From Candidatus Obscuribacterales bacterium (GTDB lineage Bacteria; Cyanobacteriota; Vampirovibrionia; Obscuribacterales; Obscuribacteraceae): 64,000 nt of DNA. The notes beneath the pieces were generated by a model that ran no database searches, was not told where the DNA came from, and saw only the letters and a list, made by a program, of their open reading frames with translations. The stretch's first letter is position 1, and every line of letters starts with the position of its first letter. The DNA lies in contig CBDDIJ010000002.1 in assembly GCA_965228855.1 (NCBI GenBank), positions 1 to 64,000 of the forward strand, in the 5' to 3' direction. The translations under genes were made by a program, and so were the position numbers. Of this stretch, positions 49,883-60,227 are shown in pieces.

Positions 49883-51235
49883 TTATTCCGCCGCTACGGG
49901 AAGTGTTGCGTTCGCTGCCGGCTGGTCACCCGGGTCAGCACCTTGAGCCCGCAGCGTCGCCTGCAACTTTGCCACGTCGACGCGGTTGAGGGGAACGTTT
50001 TCGTTGATCGCCAAAGCGGCCGCCACACCGGTCGCCTCGCCCATCGCCATGCAGGGCGGGATTTCACGGGAGATGCGCTGCGCCGCCGCCGTCGAGGAAT
50101 AATGCCGGCCGGCGACCAGCATCTGCGACAGGCCCTTTGGCAGCATGGTGCGGTAGGGATAATAATAGTCGCGGCCGCGCGCGACGCTGTCGGGGAAATG
50201 CCGGCGCAGCGCGACGTCATCCTTGGTCAACACGTACTCGCCCTCGAGCAGACGGCTCTGCCGCACGCCGACCTGCGGCGCGACATCGACGATGAAGGCG
50301 TTCTCGAAGCCGGGCATCTTGGCGCGGGCGAAAGCCAGCAGCTCGGCGATGCGTTCGCGGCCCTTGAAGTCGGCCTTGGTCAGGTCCTCGACCGAGGTGC
50401 CGTTCAGTCCGGCCATGTGCGGGCAGTTGCACCAGACGATGCCGGGCAGCGGCGTCTTCAACCACCAGCGCTCCCACGAGCCGCCCATGATGCGCTTGGC
50501 CTCGCGGTCGAGCGCGGCGAAGGTTTCCGGCTCGCCATATTCGAAGCGCTCGGCCGCCTCGGTGTCGACACCGCCGAGGCGGAACACCGTGGTGACGATG
50601 AACGACCCCTGCGAATAGGCCGCACCAGCCGACACCGCCACGTCGAGGTCGCCGGTCGCGTCGATGACGACCGAACCGAGGATTGCCTGGCGTCCGCCCT
50701 TGGTGTCGCAGATCACGCCCTTGACCACGCCGTCCTCGACGATGGCGCGCGAGAACCAGCTGTGCAGCCGCAAATTGACCTTGGCTTCCGCCACCATGTC
50801 GTTCGAGGCGCGCTTGAAGCCGTCCGGATCGAACGCCGAGGCGTAGCAGACCGGTTGCGGCTTCTGGTGCGAATGGAAGTTGTAGACGCCCCAGCGCGCC
50901 CATTGCTGGAACTTCACGGTGTCGGAGACCCAGTCCTGCTCGGGCGGCGTCACGCACAGGCCGAGCCGGGTCATGCGTTCGATCAGCTCGCTGCACAGTC
51001 CGCGCACAGTCACTTCCGGCCCGTCGCACATGTCGTCGAGCACCAGCACCATGCCGCCGGAAGCGAGGCCGCCGAGATAGGCGTAACGTTCGAGCAAGGT
51101 GACCGACAGGCCGTTGCGCGCGCCGGCAACCGCGGCTGCGATGCCGGCGGGGCCGCCTCCCACCACGACGAGGTCGGTCTCCGCGACGACCGGCACCTTG
51201 CCTGCCGGCTCGTCGATCATGCGTATCGCGGTCAT
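49883..51235 (-). CDS. FAD-dependent oxidoreductase
   Basis: VVGGGPAGIAAA, LGGLASGG, IDATGDLD, PYRTMLP, CMAMGEA. Confidence 0.9.
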   Translation of the reverse strand: MTAIRMIDEPAGKVPVVAETDLVVVGGGPAGIAAAVAGARNGLSVTLLERYAYLGGLASGGMVLVLDDMCDGPEVTVRGLCSELIERMTRLGLCVTPPEQDWVSDTVKFQQWARWGVYNFHSHQKPQPVCYASAFDPDGFKRASNDMVAEAKVNLRLHSWFSRAIVEDGVVKGVICDTKGGRQAILGSVVIDATGDLDVAVSAGAAYSQGSFIVTTVFRLGGVDTEAAERFEYGEPETFAALDREAKRIMGGSWERWWLKTPLPGIVWCNCPHMAGLNGTSVEDLTKADFKGRERIAELLAFARAKMPGFENAFIVDVAPQVGVRQSRLLEGEYVLTKDDVALRRHFPDSVARGRDYYYPYRTMLPKGLSQMLVAGRHYSSTAAAQRISREIPPCMAMGEATGVAAALAINENVPLNRVDVAKLQATLRAQGADPGDQPAANATLPVAAE

Positions 51236-51268
51236 GCTAAGGACTCCAGATTTCTCAGGTTTGCGTGG

Positions 51269-52123
51269 TCAGCCCGTACGGCCGACGTTCCAGGTGAGCA
51301 CCCGGCCTTCGATCCAGGTGATGATCCCGAAGAAGGTGGCCGAGAACACCGAACCGACGACGATGGTGGCGTAGAGCAGCGGTGAATCGAATGCGTAGGT
51401 GGCCTGGATGATCAGCGCGCCGATGCCGGCGGTCGAGCCGATCCATTCGCCGACGATGGCGCCGATGACGGCGGTCGAAGCGGCGATCTTCAGCGCCGAG
51501 AACAGATAGGGCAGCGAGTTCTTGAGCCGCACCTTCTGGAACACCTCGCGCGGCGAGGCCGACAGCACGTGCATCAGCTCCAGCTGCTGCGGGTTCACGT
51601 CGCGCAGGCCGCGCGTCATGTTGACCAGCGTCGGGAAGAAGCAGATCAGCGCGGCGATGGCGATCTTCGGCTCCATGCCGTTGCCGAGCAGCAGCACCAG
51701 GATCGGCGCCTTGGCGACCACCGGGATGGTGTTGACCATGACGGCGATCGGGAAGAACGCTTCCTCCAGCGTGTCCTTGTAGGCGAAGGCAATGGCGATG
51801 GTGATGGCCGCGACGTTGCCGATGATGAAGCCGGCGATCGCCTCGATGGCGGTCGGCAGCAGGTTTGCCATCAGCATCGGGAACTTGCTCACCAGCACGG
51901 TGAAGATGGCGCTCGGCGCCGGGGCGATGAACGGCTTGATGTCGAAGACATGGACCGAGACCTCCCAGACGACCAGCAACACGAGAAGGGCGGCCAGCGG
52001 CAGCAGGCGGCGGCGCCATTTCAGCCGGCGCTTGTTGGCGATGTATTTGGCCTGGGCGTCGCCATCGGTGGCGAAGGCACCGCCCATTGCGACCGCGTCG
52101 TTCACGGCGATGGACATCAGCAT
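51269..52123 (-). CDS. ABC transporter permease (NitT/TauT family)
   Basis: IPVVAKAP, FFPTLVN, SLPYLFSALK, GAIVGEW. Confidence 0.92.
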   Translation of the reverse strand: MLMSIAVNDAVAMGGAFATDGDAQAKYIANKRRLKWRRRLLPLAALLVLLVVWEVSVHVFDIKPFIAPAPSAIFTVLVSKFPMLMANLLPTAIEAIAGFIIGNVAAITIAIAFAYKDTLEEAFFPIAVMVNTIPVVAKAPILVLLLGNGMEPKIAIAALICFFPTLVNMTRGLRDVNPQQLELMHVLSASPREVFQKVRLKNSLPYLFSALKIAASTAVIGAIVGEWIGSTAGIGALIIQATYAFDSPLLYATIVVGSVFSATFFGIITWIEGRVLTWNVGRTG

Positions 52124-52932
52124 GTCTCCAGGACACGGCGCAGATGCGAAACCAGCGCGACGAATTCCGGCGTCTCGCGCATCGCGATCTTGCGGGGGTG
52201 GGGCAGGTTGACGGGGACACGTTCACGCACCCGGCCGGGGCGTGCGGCGAGCAGCAGCACCTCCTGGCCGAGGAACGCCGCCTCGTAGATCGAGTGGGTG
52301 ACGAACAGGATCGTCGTGCCGGTGCGCTCCCACACCGCCAGAAGCTCTTCATTGAGCCGGTCGCGGGTGATCTCGTCGAGGGCGCCGAAGGGCTCGTCCA
52401 TGAACAGCAGCTTCGGCGCCGACACCAGAGCGCGGGCGATCGAAACACGCTGCCGCATGCCGCCGGAGAGTTCGTGCGGGAACGCTTTCTCCCATCCCGA
52501 CAGTCCGACGAGCTGCAGCAGTTCGCGCGGGTCGCGGGCACGCCCGTCCGGCGCACCGCCGCCGACTTCCAGCGGCAGCATCACGTTCTCGATGACGTTG
52601 CGCCACGGCAGCAGCGCCGCATCCTGGAAGACGAAACCGATGTCACGGCGCGACCGCGCCGCCGACGGCGTGCCTCCGAGAACCCTGGCTGTCCCGGAAC
52701 TCGGCGGGACAATGTCGGCGGCGACACGCAGCAAGGTGGACTTGCCGCAGCCGGACGGACCGAGCAGCGTCAGAAACCCGCCCTTCGGAACGACGAGGTC
52801 GATCCCGTCGAGCGCGGTGACCGTGCCGCGCTCGGTGGTGAAGCGGACGGACACCTGATGGAGATCGACCGCGCTCGCAGCCTCGTCCCCGGTGGGGGAC
52901 TCGGCCACGCGCTTTTCGAATGCCAGCGCCAT
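52117..52932 (-). CDS. ABC transporter ATP-binding protein (NitT/TauT family)
   Basis: GPSGCGKS, LSGGMRQR, MDEPFGALD, FVTHS. Confidence 0.93.
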   Translation of the reverse strand: MALAFEKRVAESPTGDEAASAVDLHQVSVRFTTERGTVTALDGIDLVVPKGGFLTLLGPSGCGKSTLLRVAADIVPPSSGTARVLGGTPSAARSRRDIGFVFQDAALLPWRNVIENVMLPLEVGGGAPDGRARDPRELLQLVGLSGWEKAFPHELSGGMRQRVSIARALVSAPKLLFMDEPFGALDEITRDRLNEELLAVWERTGTTILFVTHSIYEAAFLGQEVLLLAARPGRVRERVPVNLPHPRKIAMRETPEFVALVSHLRRVLETC

Positions 52933-52942
52933 CGTCTTAGCC

Positions 52943-53977
52943 TCAGCCGAGTTTCGGGCGGTCGGCGGCAGTCGCATCGAGGATGGCTGTGGAGATCACC
53001 GCGTCGATCTTCGGCGCTCCCGCCGAGAACTGTCCGAGCTGGTCGTAGAGATCGATCTGGGCCTGCCAGACCGCCGGGTCGAACGTGCCCCAGCCATTGG
53101 CGGCCGTTGTCGCGGTGAAGACGTGCGGGAGCAGAACGCCTGCGGCAGCGACTTCATCGGCCTTCACCAGGTTCGGGAAGTCCTTGAGCAGCAGGTCGAC
53201 CGCGGCTTCCGGATTGGCCTTGGCGTATTCCCAGCCACGGCCCGCCGCCTTGAGGAAGCCGGCCAGCACTTCCGGGCTCTTCTCGATGAAGTCGGTGGTG
53301 GCATAATACGGATTGGCGTAGAGCTGCACGCCCTGGTCCCACAGCTTCATCGCGATGCGATCCGGCCCGAGCACCGACAATGCCGTGGTGTTGGTCAGCC
53401 AGCCGGTGACCGCGTCGACCTGGCCGGTCAGCAGCGGCGCCATGTCGGCGCCGATGACGATGACCTCGACGTCGCTTTCCGGGATGTTGTGCTTCTTGAG
53501 CAGCGCCGACAGCAGGATCTTGCCGGTCGCCTGGATGCCGATCTTCTTGCCGACCATGTCCTGCGGCGTGTTGATCGGCTTGGCCGGCAGCGACACGAAG
53601 GCATAGGGGTGCTGCTGGGCGCAGACCGCGAACGACTTGACCGGGATGCTCTGCGAGGCCGCCAGCATGAGCGACGGGCTGGACGACACCTGGCCGATCT
53701 CGAAACGGCCGGACGCCACGATGGCGACGCCGTCGATGCTCGGACCACCCGGCTGGATCACGAAGTCGAGTTTTTCCTCCTCGAAATAGCCGAGGTGCTT
53801 GGCCGCGACTTCACCGAGCTGGTTACCGCCGCCCAGCCATCCGAGCTGCATGTTGATGGTCTTGGTACCCGACTGCGCGAACACGCCGCGCGTCAGGATG
53901 GTCGGCGTCGCAAGTGCGCCGGCGAGCGCGGCGCCGGATTTCAACAGGCTGCGGCGCGAGAAAGGTGCTGTCATCAT
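52943..53977 (-). CDS. ABC substrate-binding protein (NMT1/THI5-like), Tat signal
   Basis: SRRSLLK, QLGW, GYFEEE, PGGP, GKKIG. Confidence 0.88.
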   Translation of the reverse strand: MMTAPFSRRSLLKSGAALAGALATPTILTRGVFAQSGTKTINMQLGWLGGGNQLGEVAAKHLGYFEEEKLDFVIQPGGPSIDGVAIVASGRFEIGQVSSSPSLMLAASQSIPVKSFAVCAQQHPYAFVSLPAKPINTPQDMVGKKIGIQATGKILLSALLKKHNIPESDVEVIVIGADMAPLLTGQVDAVTGWLTNTTALSVLGPDRIAMKLWDQGVQLYANPYYATTDFIEKSPEVLAGFLKAAGRGWEYAKANPEAAVDLLLKDFPNLVKADEVAAAGVLLPHVFTATTAANGWGTFDPAVWQAQIDLYDQLGQFSAGAPKIDAVISTAILDATAADRPKLG

Positions 53978-54142
53978 CGGAGTTCCCCTGAATGGCCGAC
54001 CAACTTCGGCTCGTTGCTTCGGATCAAGCATTCGTTGGCCTGCAGTTCACCATCCGGCGTGCAGGCAATAGCCATTTTCCGAAGATCGGAGTTGAGTTTA
54101 TGAGCGAGCGGCCGCACTCTGGAAGAACAAAATTTCGATAGT

Positions 54143-54165
54143 GGTGATGCCAATCCAGCATCACC
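54143..54165. promoter_or_regulatory. LysR recognition site (T-N11-A palindrome)
   Basis: GGTGATGC-CAATCCA-GCATCACC in the divergent intergenic region. Confidence 0.6.
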
Positions 54166-54184
54166 CACGGGAGGCCGTCACCCA

Positions 54185-55111
54185 ATGCATGCCGTCGTTC
54201 TGCGCTACATCGACCAGGTCGCCCGCCTGGGCTCCATCCGCCGCGCCGCAGGCGCACTCAACGTCGCATCGTCGGCGGTAAACCGGCAGATCCTCAAGCT
54301 GGAGGCGGAAATCGGTACGCCGCTTTTCGAGCGCGTCGGCAATGGCGTCAGGCCGACGGCGGCGGGCGACTTCGTCATCCGCCACGCCCGCGACACGCTC
54401 GCAAAATGGCAGAACGTGCGCACCGACATCTCGGCGCTTGCCGGCGATGTCCACGGCGAGGTCCGCATCGTTTCGATCCCGGCGCCGATCGTCTCGATGA
54501 TCCCGCGCGCCATACAGGCAGCTTCGCGCAGCCATCCGCATATCGTCTTCCACGTCATCGACGCGGCGCCGAACCAGCATGCCGAGGAACTGCGCGCGGG
54601 CAGGCCCGACATCGCGCTGCAGTTCATCGACAAGCGCCAGAAGGGTTATCAGGTGATCGCCCGCATCAAGCTGAGGCTCGGCGCGGTGATGCGGCCAGAG
54701 CACCCGCTGGCCCGCCGCAAGGAACTGACGCTCACCGAATGCGCCGCCTATCCGGTGTGCATGCTGAGCGACCCGTGGATCCTCAACGCCACGGCCGAGG
54801 CGGAATTCACCCACAGCGGGGCGCAGTTCCGCACCGTTCTGCTCAGCAACTCGCTGGCGATGACGCGCGAAAGTCTGCTCGCCGGGCTCGGCATCGGCTT
54901 CTTCACGCCGACCGGTTTCGTCGAGGAACTGAAATCGGGGGAACTGGTGCATGTGCCGCTGGCCGAGCCGGAACTGTCGGCCAGCGAAATCGGACTGCTG
55001 ATCCATCGCGAACGGCAGTCGTCGCCGGCCGTGCGGGTGCTGGGCCAGCGCCTGATGGAGGAGTTCGAGTCGCTGCAGCGCGACATCGACCACATCGGCC
55101 AGCGCTCTTGA
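54185..55111 (+). CDS. LysR family transcriptional regulator
   Basis: GSIRRAAGALNVASSAVNRQILKLEAEIGTPLFER. Confidence 0.95.
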   Translation: MHAVVLRYIDQVARLGSIRRAAGALNVASSAVNRQILKLEAEIGTPLFERVGNGVRPTAAGDFVIRHARDTLAKWQNVRTDISALAGDVHGEVRIVSIPAPIVSMIPRAIQAASRSHPHIVFHVIDAAPNQHAEELRAGRPDIALQFIDKRQKGYQVIARIKLRLGAVMRPEHPLARRKELTLTECAAYPVCMLSDPWILNATAEAEFTHSGAQFRTVLLSNSLAMTRESLLAGLGIGFFTPTGFVEELKSGELVHVPLAEPELSASEIGLLIHRERQSSPAVRVLGQRLMEEFESLQRDIDHIGQRS

Positions 55112-55118
55112 GCCAGTC

Positions 55119-56108
55119 CTATCCGAGCCTGACCGGCTTGCCGGAAAAACAGGACTCGGTCGCGGCGTCGGCCAGCATCTGGGCGCGCAGCCCATCGTGT
55201 CCGGACGGCGACGGCGCCTTGCCGTTCTCGACCGCGTCGATGAACGCCTCGACCTCGTTGCGGTAGGCGGCGGCATAGCGTTCGAGGAAGAAGTTCTGCA
55301 CCGGATCGGCCGACACGCCGCCGGCGCCGGCAAAGGTGACCGTCGTCTCGAACACGTTTCCAGCCGACAGCATGCCCTTCGAGCCATGCACCTCGATGCG
55401 CTGGTCGTAGCCATAGGTGGCGCGGCGCGAGTTGGATATCTGGCATATCCTGCCGCTGGCGGTCTTCAGCAGCACCGCGGCGGTGTCGACGTCACCGGCC
55501 TGGCCGATCTCGGGGTCGACCAGCGACGAACCGACGGCGTGCACCTCCACCGGCTCCTCGCCGAGCAGGAACCGCGCCATGTCGAGATCGTGGATCATCA
55601 TGTCGCGGAACAGCCCGCCCGAACGCGCGACGTAGGAGGCCGGCGGCGGGGCCGGGTCGCGCGACAGGATGGTGACGAGTTCGACGTTGCCGGCCAGCCC
55701 GTCGTCGAGGCGTTTCTTCAGCGCCGCAAAATTGGGGTCGAAGCGGCGGTTGAAGCCGATCATCAGCGGCACGCCGGCCTTGGTGACGCGCGTCAGCGTC
55801 TTTTCGATGCGCTCCGAACTGAGGTCGACCGGTTTTTCGCACAGGATCGCCTTGCCGGCTGCGGCCGCCTTGTCGATGAAATCCGCATGGGTGTCGGTCG
55901 GCGTGGCGATCAGCACGGCATCGATACCCTCGTCGGAGAGCAGATCGTCGACCTCGCGCACCGGCGCTCCGGTGGCAGCCGACAGCGCCCGCGCGCCGTC
56001 GGGCAGCGGGTCGGCGATGCCGGCCAGCCTGGCGCGCGGCGACGCGGCGATGGCGCGGCCATGGATCTGCCCGATGCGGCCAGCGCCGAGCAATGCGATC
56101 GAAATCAT
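55119..56108 (-). CDS. iolG: myo-Inositol 2-dehydrogenase
   Basis: LGAGRIG, CEKP, GFNRRFDP, SRDP, SGGLFRDMMIHD, YGYDQR. Confidence 0.93.
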   Translation of the reverse strand: MISIALLGAGRIGQIHGRAIAASPRARLAGIADPLPDGARALSAATGAPVREVDDLLSDEGIDAVLIATPTDTHADFIDKAAAAGKAILCEKPVDLSSERIEKTLTRVTKAGVPLMIGFNRRFDPNFAALKKRLDDGLAGNVELVTILSRDPAPPPASYVARSGGLFRDMMIHDLDMARFLLGEEPVEVHAVGSSLVDPEIGQAGDVDTAAVLLKTASGRICQISNSRRATYGYDQRIEVHGSKGMLSAGNVFETTVTFAGAGGVSADPVQNFFLERYAAAYRNEVEAFIDAVENGKAPSPSGHDGLRAQMLADAATESCFSGKPVRLG

Positions 56109-56147
56109 CTCTACATTCCCTTCCCGAAACAGGCACGATTCAAAACA

Positions 56148-56191
56148 GAATAAACATTCCAGATTGACCAATCAATGGAATTTGTGTTTCA
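56148..56191. promoter_or_regulatory. Possible IolR operators between divergent iolG and iolC
   Basis: GAATAAACATTCC and GGAATTTGTGTTTC resemble the rhizobial GGAA-Nx-TTCC motif. Confidence 0.4.
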
Positions 56192-56263
56192 TTCTTGAGC
56201 CCGAAGCCGCACCGTGCGAAGTCTTCAATCACAGCTTCACGAGCCCGCACATAGAGGGGCCGC

Positions 56264-58186
56264 ATGTCAAGGGAGGACCCCGTGCTCGACGTCATCACCA
56301 TGGGGCGCGCTTCCGTCGACCTCTACGGCCAGCAAATCGGCAGTCGGCTCGAGGATGTCACCTCCTTTGCCAAGTCTGTGGGCGGGTGCCCGGCCAACAT
56401 CGCCATCGGCACCGCGCGTCTCGGTCTGAAGTCGGCTATCATCACCCGCGTCGGCGACGAACAGATGGGCCGGTTCATCCGCGAGCAGATGTTGCGCGAA
56501 GGCGTCTCCGACCGGGGTATCGTAACCGACCGGGAAAGGCTGACCGCATTGGCCATCCTGTCCGTCGAGAGCGACCGCAGCTTTCCGCTGCTCTTTTACC
56601 GTGAGAACTGCGCCGACATGGCCCTGTGCGAGACAGATGTCGACGCGGCATTCGTGGCTTCGGCGCGCGCGCTGGTGGTCACAGGCACGCACTTCTCGCG
56701 ACCCGGCACCGACGCGGCGCAGCGCAAGGCGATACGGCTCATCAAGGCTGCCGGTGGGAAGGTCGTCCTCGACATCGACTACCGGCCGAACCTCTGGGGA
56801 CTGGCCGGCCACGCGGCCGGCGACAGTCGCTACATCGCGTCCGAGACCGTTTCCAACCACATGAAGACCGTGCTCGCCGACTGCGACCTCATCGTCGGCA
56901 CCGAGGAAGAGGTGCTGATCGCATCCGGTGAAAGCGATCTTTTGCCGGCTCTGAAGACGATCCGGGCTCTGTCCACCGCGACCATCGTGCTGAAGCGCGG
57001 TCCGATGGGCTGCATCGTCTATGACGGCGCGATCTCCGACGACCTGGAGGACGGCATCGTCGGCACCGGTTTCCCGATCGAAGTCTACAACGTGCTCGGC
57101 GCCGGCGATGCCTTCATGTCGGGTTTCCTGCGCGGCTGGCTGGGCGGCGAGAGCCTGCGGACGGCGGCGACCTTCGCCAACGCGTCGGGAGCCTTCGCGG
57201 TTTCGCGCCTGCTCTGCTCGCCCGAGATCCCGACCTTCGAGGAACTGCAGTTCTTCCTGAAGAACGGTAGCCCGCACCATGCGCTGCGCAAGGACGAGGC
57301 GATCAACCATGTCCATTGGGCAACCACGCGCCGGCGCGCCGTCCCCTCGCTGATGGCGCTCGCCGTGGACCATCGTGGGCAACTGGAAGAGATCGCCGCC
57401 CGCGTGGGCGCGCCGGCAGGCCGGATCGGCGACTTCAAGGTGCTGGCGGTGAAGGCGGCGGCGCGCATCGCCGGCGGCCGCGACGGCTACGGCATGCTCA
57501 TCGACGAAAAATACGGCCGCGCCGCGATGTTCGAATACGCCCGTCATTCCTTCGCCTGGCTGGGCCGGCCAGTCGAATTGCCGGGCTCGCGCCCGCTGCG
57601 TTTCGAGTTCGGCCAGGACATCGGCTCGCAACTCGCCGAGTGGCCGGTGGATCATTGCATCAAATGCCTGTGCTTCTACCATCCCGACGACCCGCCGGCG
57701 CTGAAGCAACAACAGCAGGAAAAGCTTCGGGCGCTTTTCGAAGCAGCCCGCAAGGTCGGCCGCGAATTGCTGATCGAGATCATCGCCGGCAAGCACGGGA
57801 CGCTAGCCGAGGACACCATCCCACGCGCCCTGGAAGAGCTCTATGCACTCGGCATCAGGCCCGACTGGTGGAAGCTCGAGCCGCAGGCCTCGGCCGCGGC
57901 ATGGCGCGAGATCGAGACGGTGATCGCCCGCAACGACCCGTGGTGCCGGGGCGTCGTGCTGCTCGGCCTCGAAGCGCCGCATGACGAACTGGAAGCGGCA
58001 TTCGCCGCCACCGCCGACGCGCCGATCGTCAAGGGATTCGCCGTCGGCCGGACGATCTTCATGGACGCGGCGGAAGCCTGGCTCGCCGGCAGGATCGGCG
58101 ACGACCCCGCGGTCGACGCCATGGCCGAGCGTTTCGGCCGGCTGACCGAGGCCTGGCTTGCAGCGCGCGGGCGCAAGGCGGCATAG
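56264..58186 (+). CDS. iolC: 5-dehydro-2-deoxygluconokinase with C-terminal aldolase-like (DUF2090) domain
   Basis: GRASVDLYGQQ, GGCPANIA, DIDYRP, LGAGDAF, PDWWKLEP, GFAVGRTIF. Confidence 0.95.
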   Translation: MSREDPVLDVITMGRASVDLYGQQIGSRLEDVTSFAKSVGGCPANIAIGTARLGLKSAIITRVGDEQMGRFIREQMLREGVSDRGIVTDRERLTALAILSVESDRSFPLLFYRENCADMALCETDVDAAFVASARALVVTGTHFSRPGTDAAQRKAIRLIKAAGGKVVLDIDYRPNLWGLAGHAAGDSRYIASETVSNHMKTVLADCDLIVGTEEEVLIASGESDLLPALKTIRALSTATIVLKRGPMGCIVYDGAISDDLEDGIVGTGFPIEVYNVLGAGDAFMSGFLRGWLGGESLRTAATFANASGAFAVSRLLCSPEIPTFEELQFFLKNGSPHHALRKDEAINHVHWATTRRRAVPSLMALAVDHRGQLEEIAARVGAPAGRIGDFKVLAVKAAARIAGGRDGYGMLIDEKYGRAAMFEYARHSFAWLGRPVELPGSRPLRFEFGQDIGSQLAEWPVDHCIKCLCFYHPDDPPALKQQQQEKLRALFEAARKVGRELLIEIIAGKHGTLAEDTIPRALEELYALGIRPDWWKLEPQASAAAWREIETVIARNDPWCRGVVLLGLEAPHDELEAAFAATADAPIVKGFAVGRTIFMDAAEAWLAGRIGDDPAVDAMAERFGRLTEAWLAARGRKAA

Positions 58187-58208
58187 TCCAGCGCGGAGGA
58201 GCAGAAAA

Positions 58209-60059
58209 ATGACCACCACGATCCGCCTGACCATGGCGCAGGCGCTGACCCGCTACCTGTCGCGCCAGATGACCGAGATCGACGGCGAACGCGTGCCGCT
58301 GTTCGGCGGCGTCTGGGCGATCTTCGGCCACGGCAACGTCGCCGGCATCGGCGAGGCGCTGTACCAGGTGCGCGACGAACTGCCGACCTTCCGCGCCCAC
58401 AACGAGCAAGGCATGGCGCATGCGGCAATCGCCTACGCCAAGGCACATTTCCGCCGCCGGATGATGGCGGCGACGACCTCGATCGGACCAGGCGCGGTGA
58501 ACATGGTCACGGCGGCGGCGCTGGCGCATGTCAACCGGCTGCCGGTGCTGCTGCTGCCCGGCGACGTGTTCGCCAACAGGGTTCCCGACCCGGTGCTGCA
58601 GCAGGTGGAAAGCTTCGGCGACGGCACCGTCTCGGTGAACGACTGCTTCCGCCCGGTGTCGCGCTATTTCGACCGCATCACCCGACCCGAGCAGATCATC
58701 CCGGCGCTGGCGCGGGCGATGCAGGTGCTGACCGATCCTGCCGAATGCGGGCCGGTGACGCTGGCGCTGTGCCAGGACGTACAGGCGGAGGCCTGGGACT
58801 ACCCGGCAAGTTTCTTCGACGAGGCGGTCCACACGATCCGCCGGCCACGGCCGGATCTTGCCGAGCTGAAGCGCACGGCGACGCTGCTGAAGAAGGCGAA
58901 GAAGCCGCTGATCGTCGCCGGCGGCGGCGTGCTCTATTCCGGCGCGTCCGCCGTGCTGGCGAAATTCTCGGCCGCGACCGGCATCCCGGTGGCGGAGACG
59001 CAGGGCGGCAAGTCCTCCCTGCCCGACGACGACGCGCTCAACATGGCGGCGATCGGCGTGACCGGCACTTCCGCCGCCAACCGGCTGGCCGAGGAGGCCG
59101 ATCTGGTGCTCGCCGTCGGCACACGGCTGCAAGACTTTACCACCGGTTCGTGGGCGCTGTTCAAGAACGAGGGCAAGACGATCGTCGGCCTCAACGTCCA
59201 GCCCTTCGATGCCGGCAAGCACAAGGCGGTGACGCTGGTCGCAGACGCGCGCGAGGGGCTGAAAGAACTCGCCGCCGCCATCGATGGCTGGACGGCGCCG
59301 GCGGCGTGGACCGCCAATGCGAAAAAGGGCAAGGCGGAGTGGCGCAAGGCAGCGGCGCAGGCCACCGCCGCGACCAATGCGGCGCTGCCTTCCGACGCGC
59401 AGGTGATCGGCGCGGTGCAGCGGGCGACGGGCAGCGGCGTGACGTTGCTCAACGCCGCCGGCGGGTTGCCCGGCGAGTTGCACAAGCTCTGGCAGGCCAG
59501 GTCGCCCGGCTCCTATCATGCAGAATACGGCTTCTCGACCATGGGCTACGAGATCGCCGGCGGGCTCGGGGTCAAGATGGCAAAGCCCGACCGCGACGTC
59601 ATCGTCATGGTCGGCGACGGCTCGTACCTGATGCTCAACTCGGAGCTGGCGACCTCGGTGATGCTCGGACTGAAGCTCACCATCGTGCTGCTCGACAATC
59701 GCGGTTACGGCTGCATCAACCGGCTGCAGATGGCGACCGGCGGCGCCAGCTTCAACAACCTGCTGAAGGACACCCGCCACGCGACCTTGCCGGAGATCGA
59801 CTTCGTCGCCCATGCCCGGAGCCTCGGCGCGATCGCCGAGAAGGCGGCATCCATCGCCGACCTCGAAGCCGCGCTGAAGAAGGCAAGGACGAACGACCGC
59901 ACGACGCTGATCCTCATCGACACAGACCCGCTGGCCTCGACAGATGCCGGCGGCCACTGGTGGGACGTCGCGGTGCCGGCGGTGAGTTCCCGCAAGCAGG
60001 TCAAGGCGGCGCGCAGGGAGTATGAGCGTAAGCTGAAGCTGCAGCGGGTGGGAGACTAG
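58209..60059 (+). CDS. iolD: 3D-(3,5/4)-trihydroxycyclohexane-1,2-dione acylhydrolase
   Basis: RLTMAQAL, IFGHGNVAG, HNEQGMAH, EYGFSTMGYEIAG, GDGSYLM. Confidence 0.95.
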   Translation: MTTTIRLTMAQALTRYLSRQMTEIDGERVPLFGGVWAIFGHGNVAGIGEALYQVRDELPTFRAHNEQGMAHAAIAYAKAHFRRRMMAATTSIGPGAVNMVTAAALAHVNRLPVLLLPGDVFANRVPDPVLQQVESFGDGTVSVNDCFRPVSRYFDRITRPEQIIPALARAMQVLTDPAECGPVTLALCQDVQAEAWDYPASFFDEAVHTIRRPRPDLAELKRTATLLKKAKKPLIVAGGGVLYSGASAVLAKFSAATGIPVAETQGGKSSLPDDDALNMAAIGVTGTSAANRLAEEADLVLAVGTRLQDFTTGSWALFKNEGKTIVGLNVQPFDAGKHKAVTLVADAREGLKELAAAIDGWTAPAAWTANAKKGKAEWRKAAAQATAATNAALPSDAQVIGAVQRATGSGVTLLNAAGGLPGELHKLWQARSPGSYHAEYGFSTMGYEIAGGLGVKMAKPDRDVIVMVGDGSYLMLNSELATSVMLGLKLTIVLLDNRGYGCINRLQMATGGASFNNLLKDTRHATLPEIDFVAHARSLGAIAEKAASIADLEAALKKARTNDRTTLILIDTDPLASTDAGGHWWDVAVPAVSSRKQVKAARREYERKLKLQRVGD

Positions 60060-60075
60060 CATTGTCGCCTTTCGT

Positions 60076-60204
60076 CCCCTCCACCACGCTTCGCGTGATC
60101 CCCCTCCCCCGCTTCGCAGGGGAGGATCCAGTTCGCGGCCGGCCGCTTCGCGGGTCCTCCCCCGTTTACGGGGGAGGGGGACCGCCGGAGGCGGTGGAGG
60201 GGGC
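60076..60204. repeat. Inverted pair of family C-like repeats
   Basis: CCCCTCCACCACGCTTCGCGTGATCCCCCTCCCCCGCTTCGCAGGGGAGGATC (60076-60128) and TCCTCCCCCGTTTACGGGGGAGGGGGACCGCCGGAGGCGGTGGAGGGGGC (60155-60204). Confidence 0.85.
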
Positions 60205-60227
60205 ATGACGGCGCGAAGGAGAGCAGC

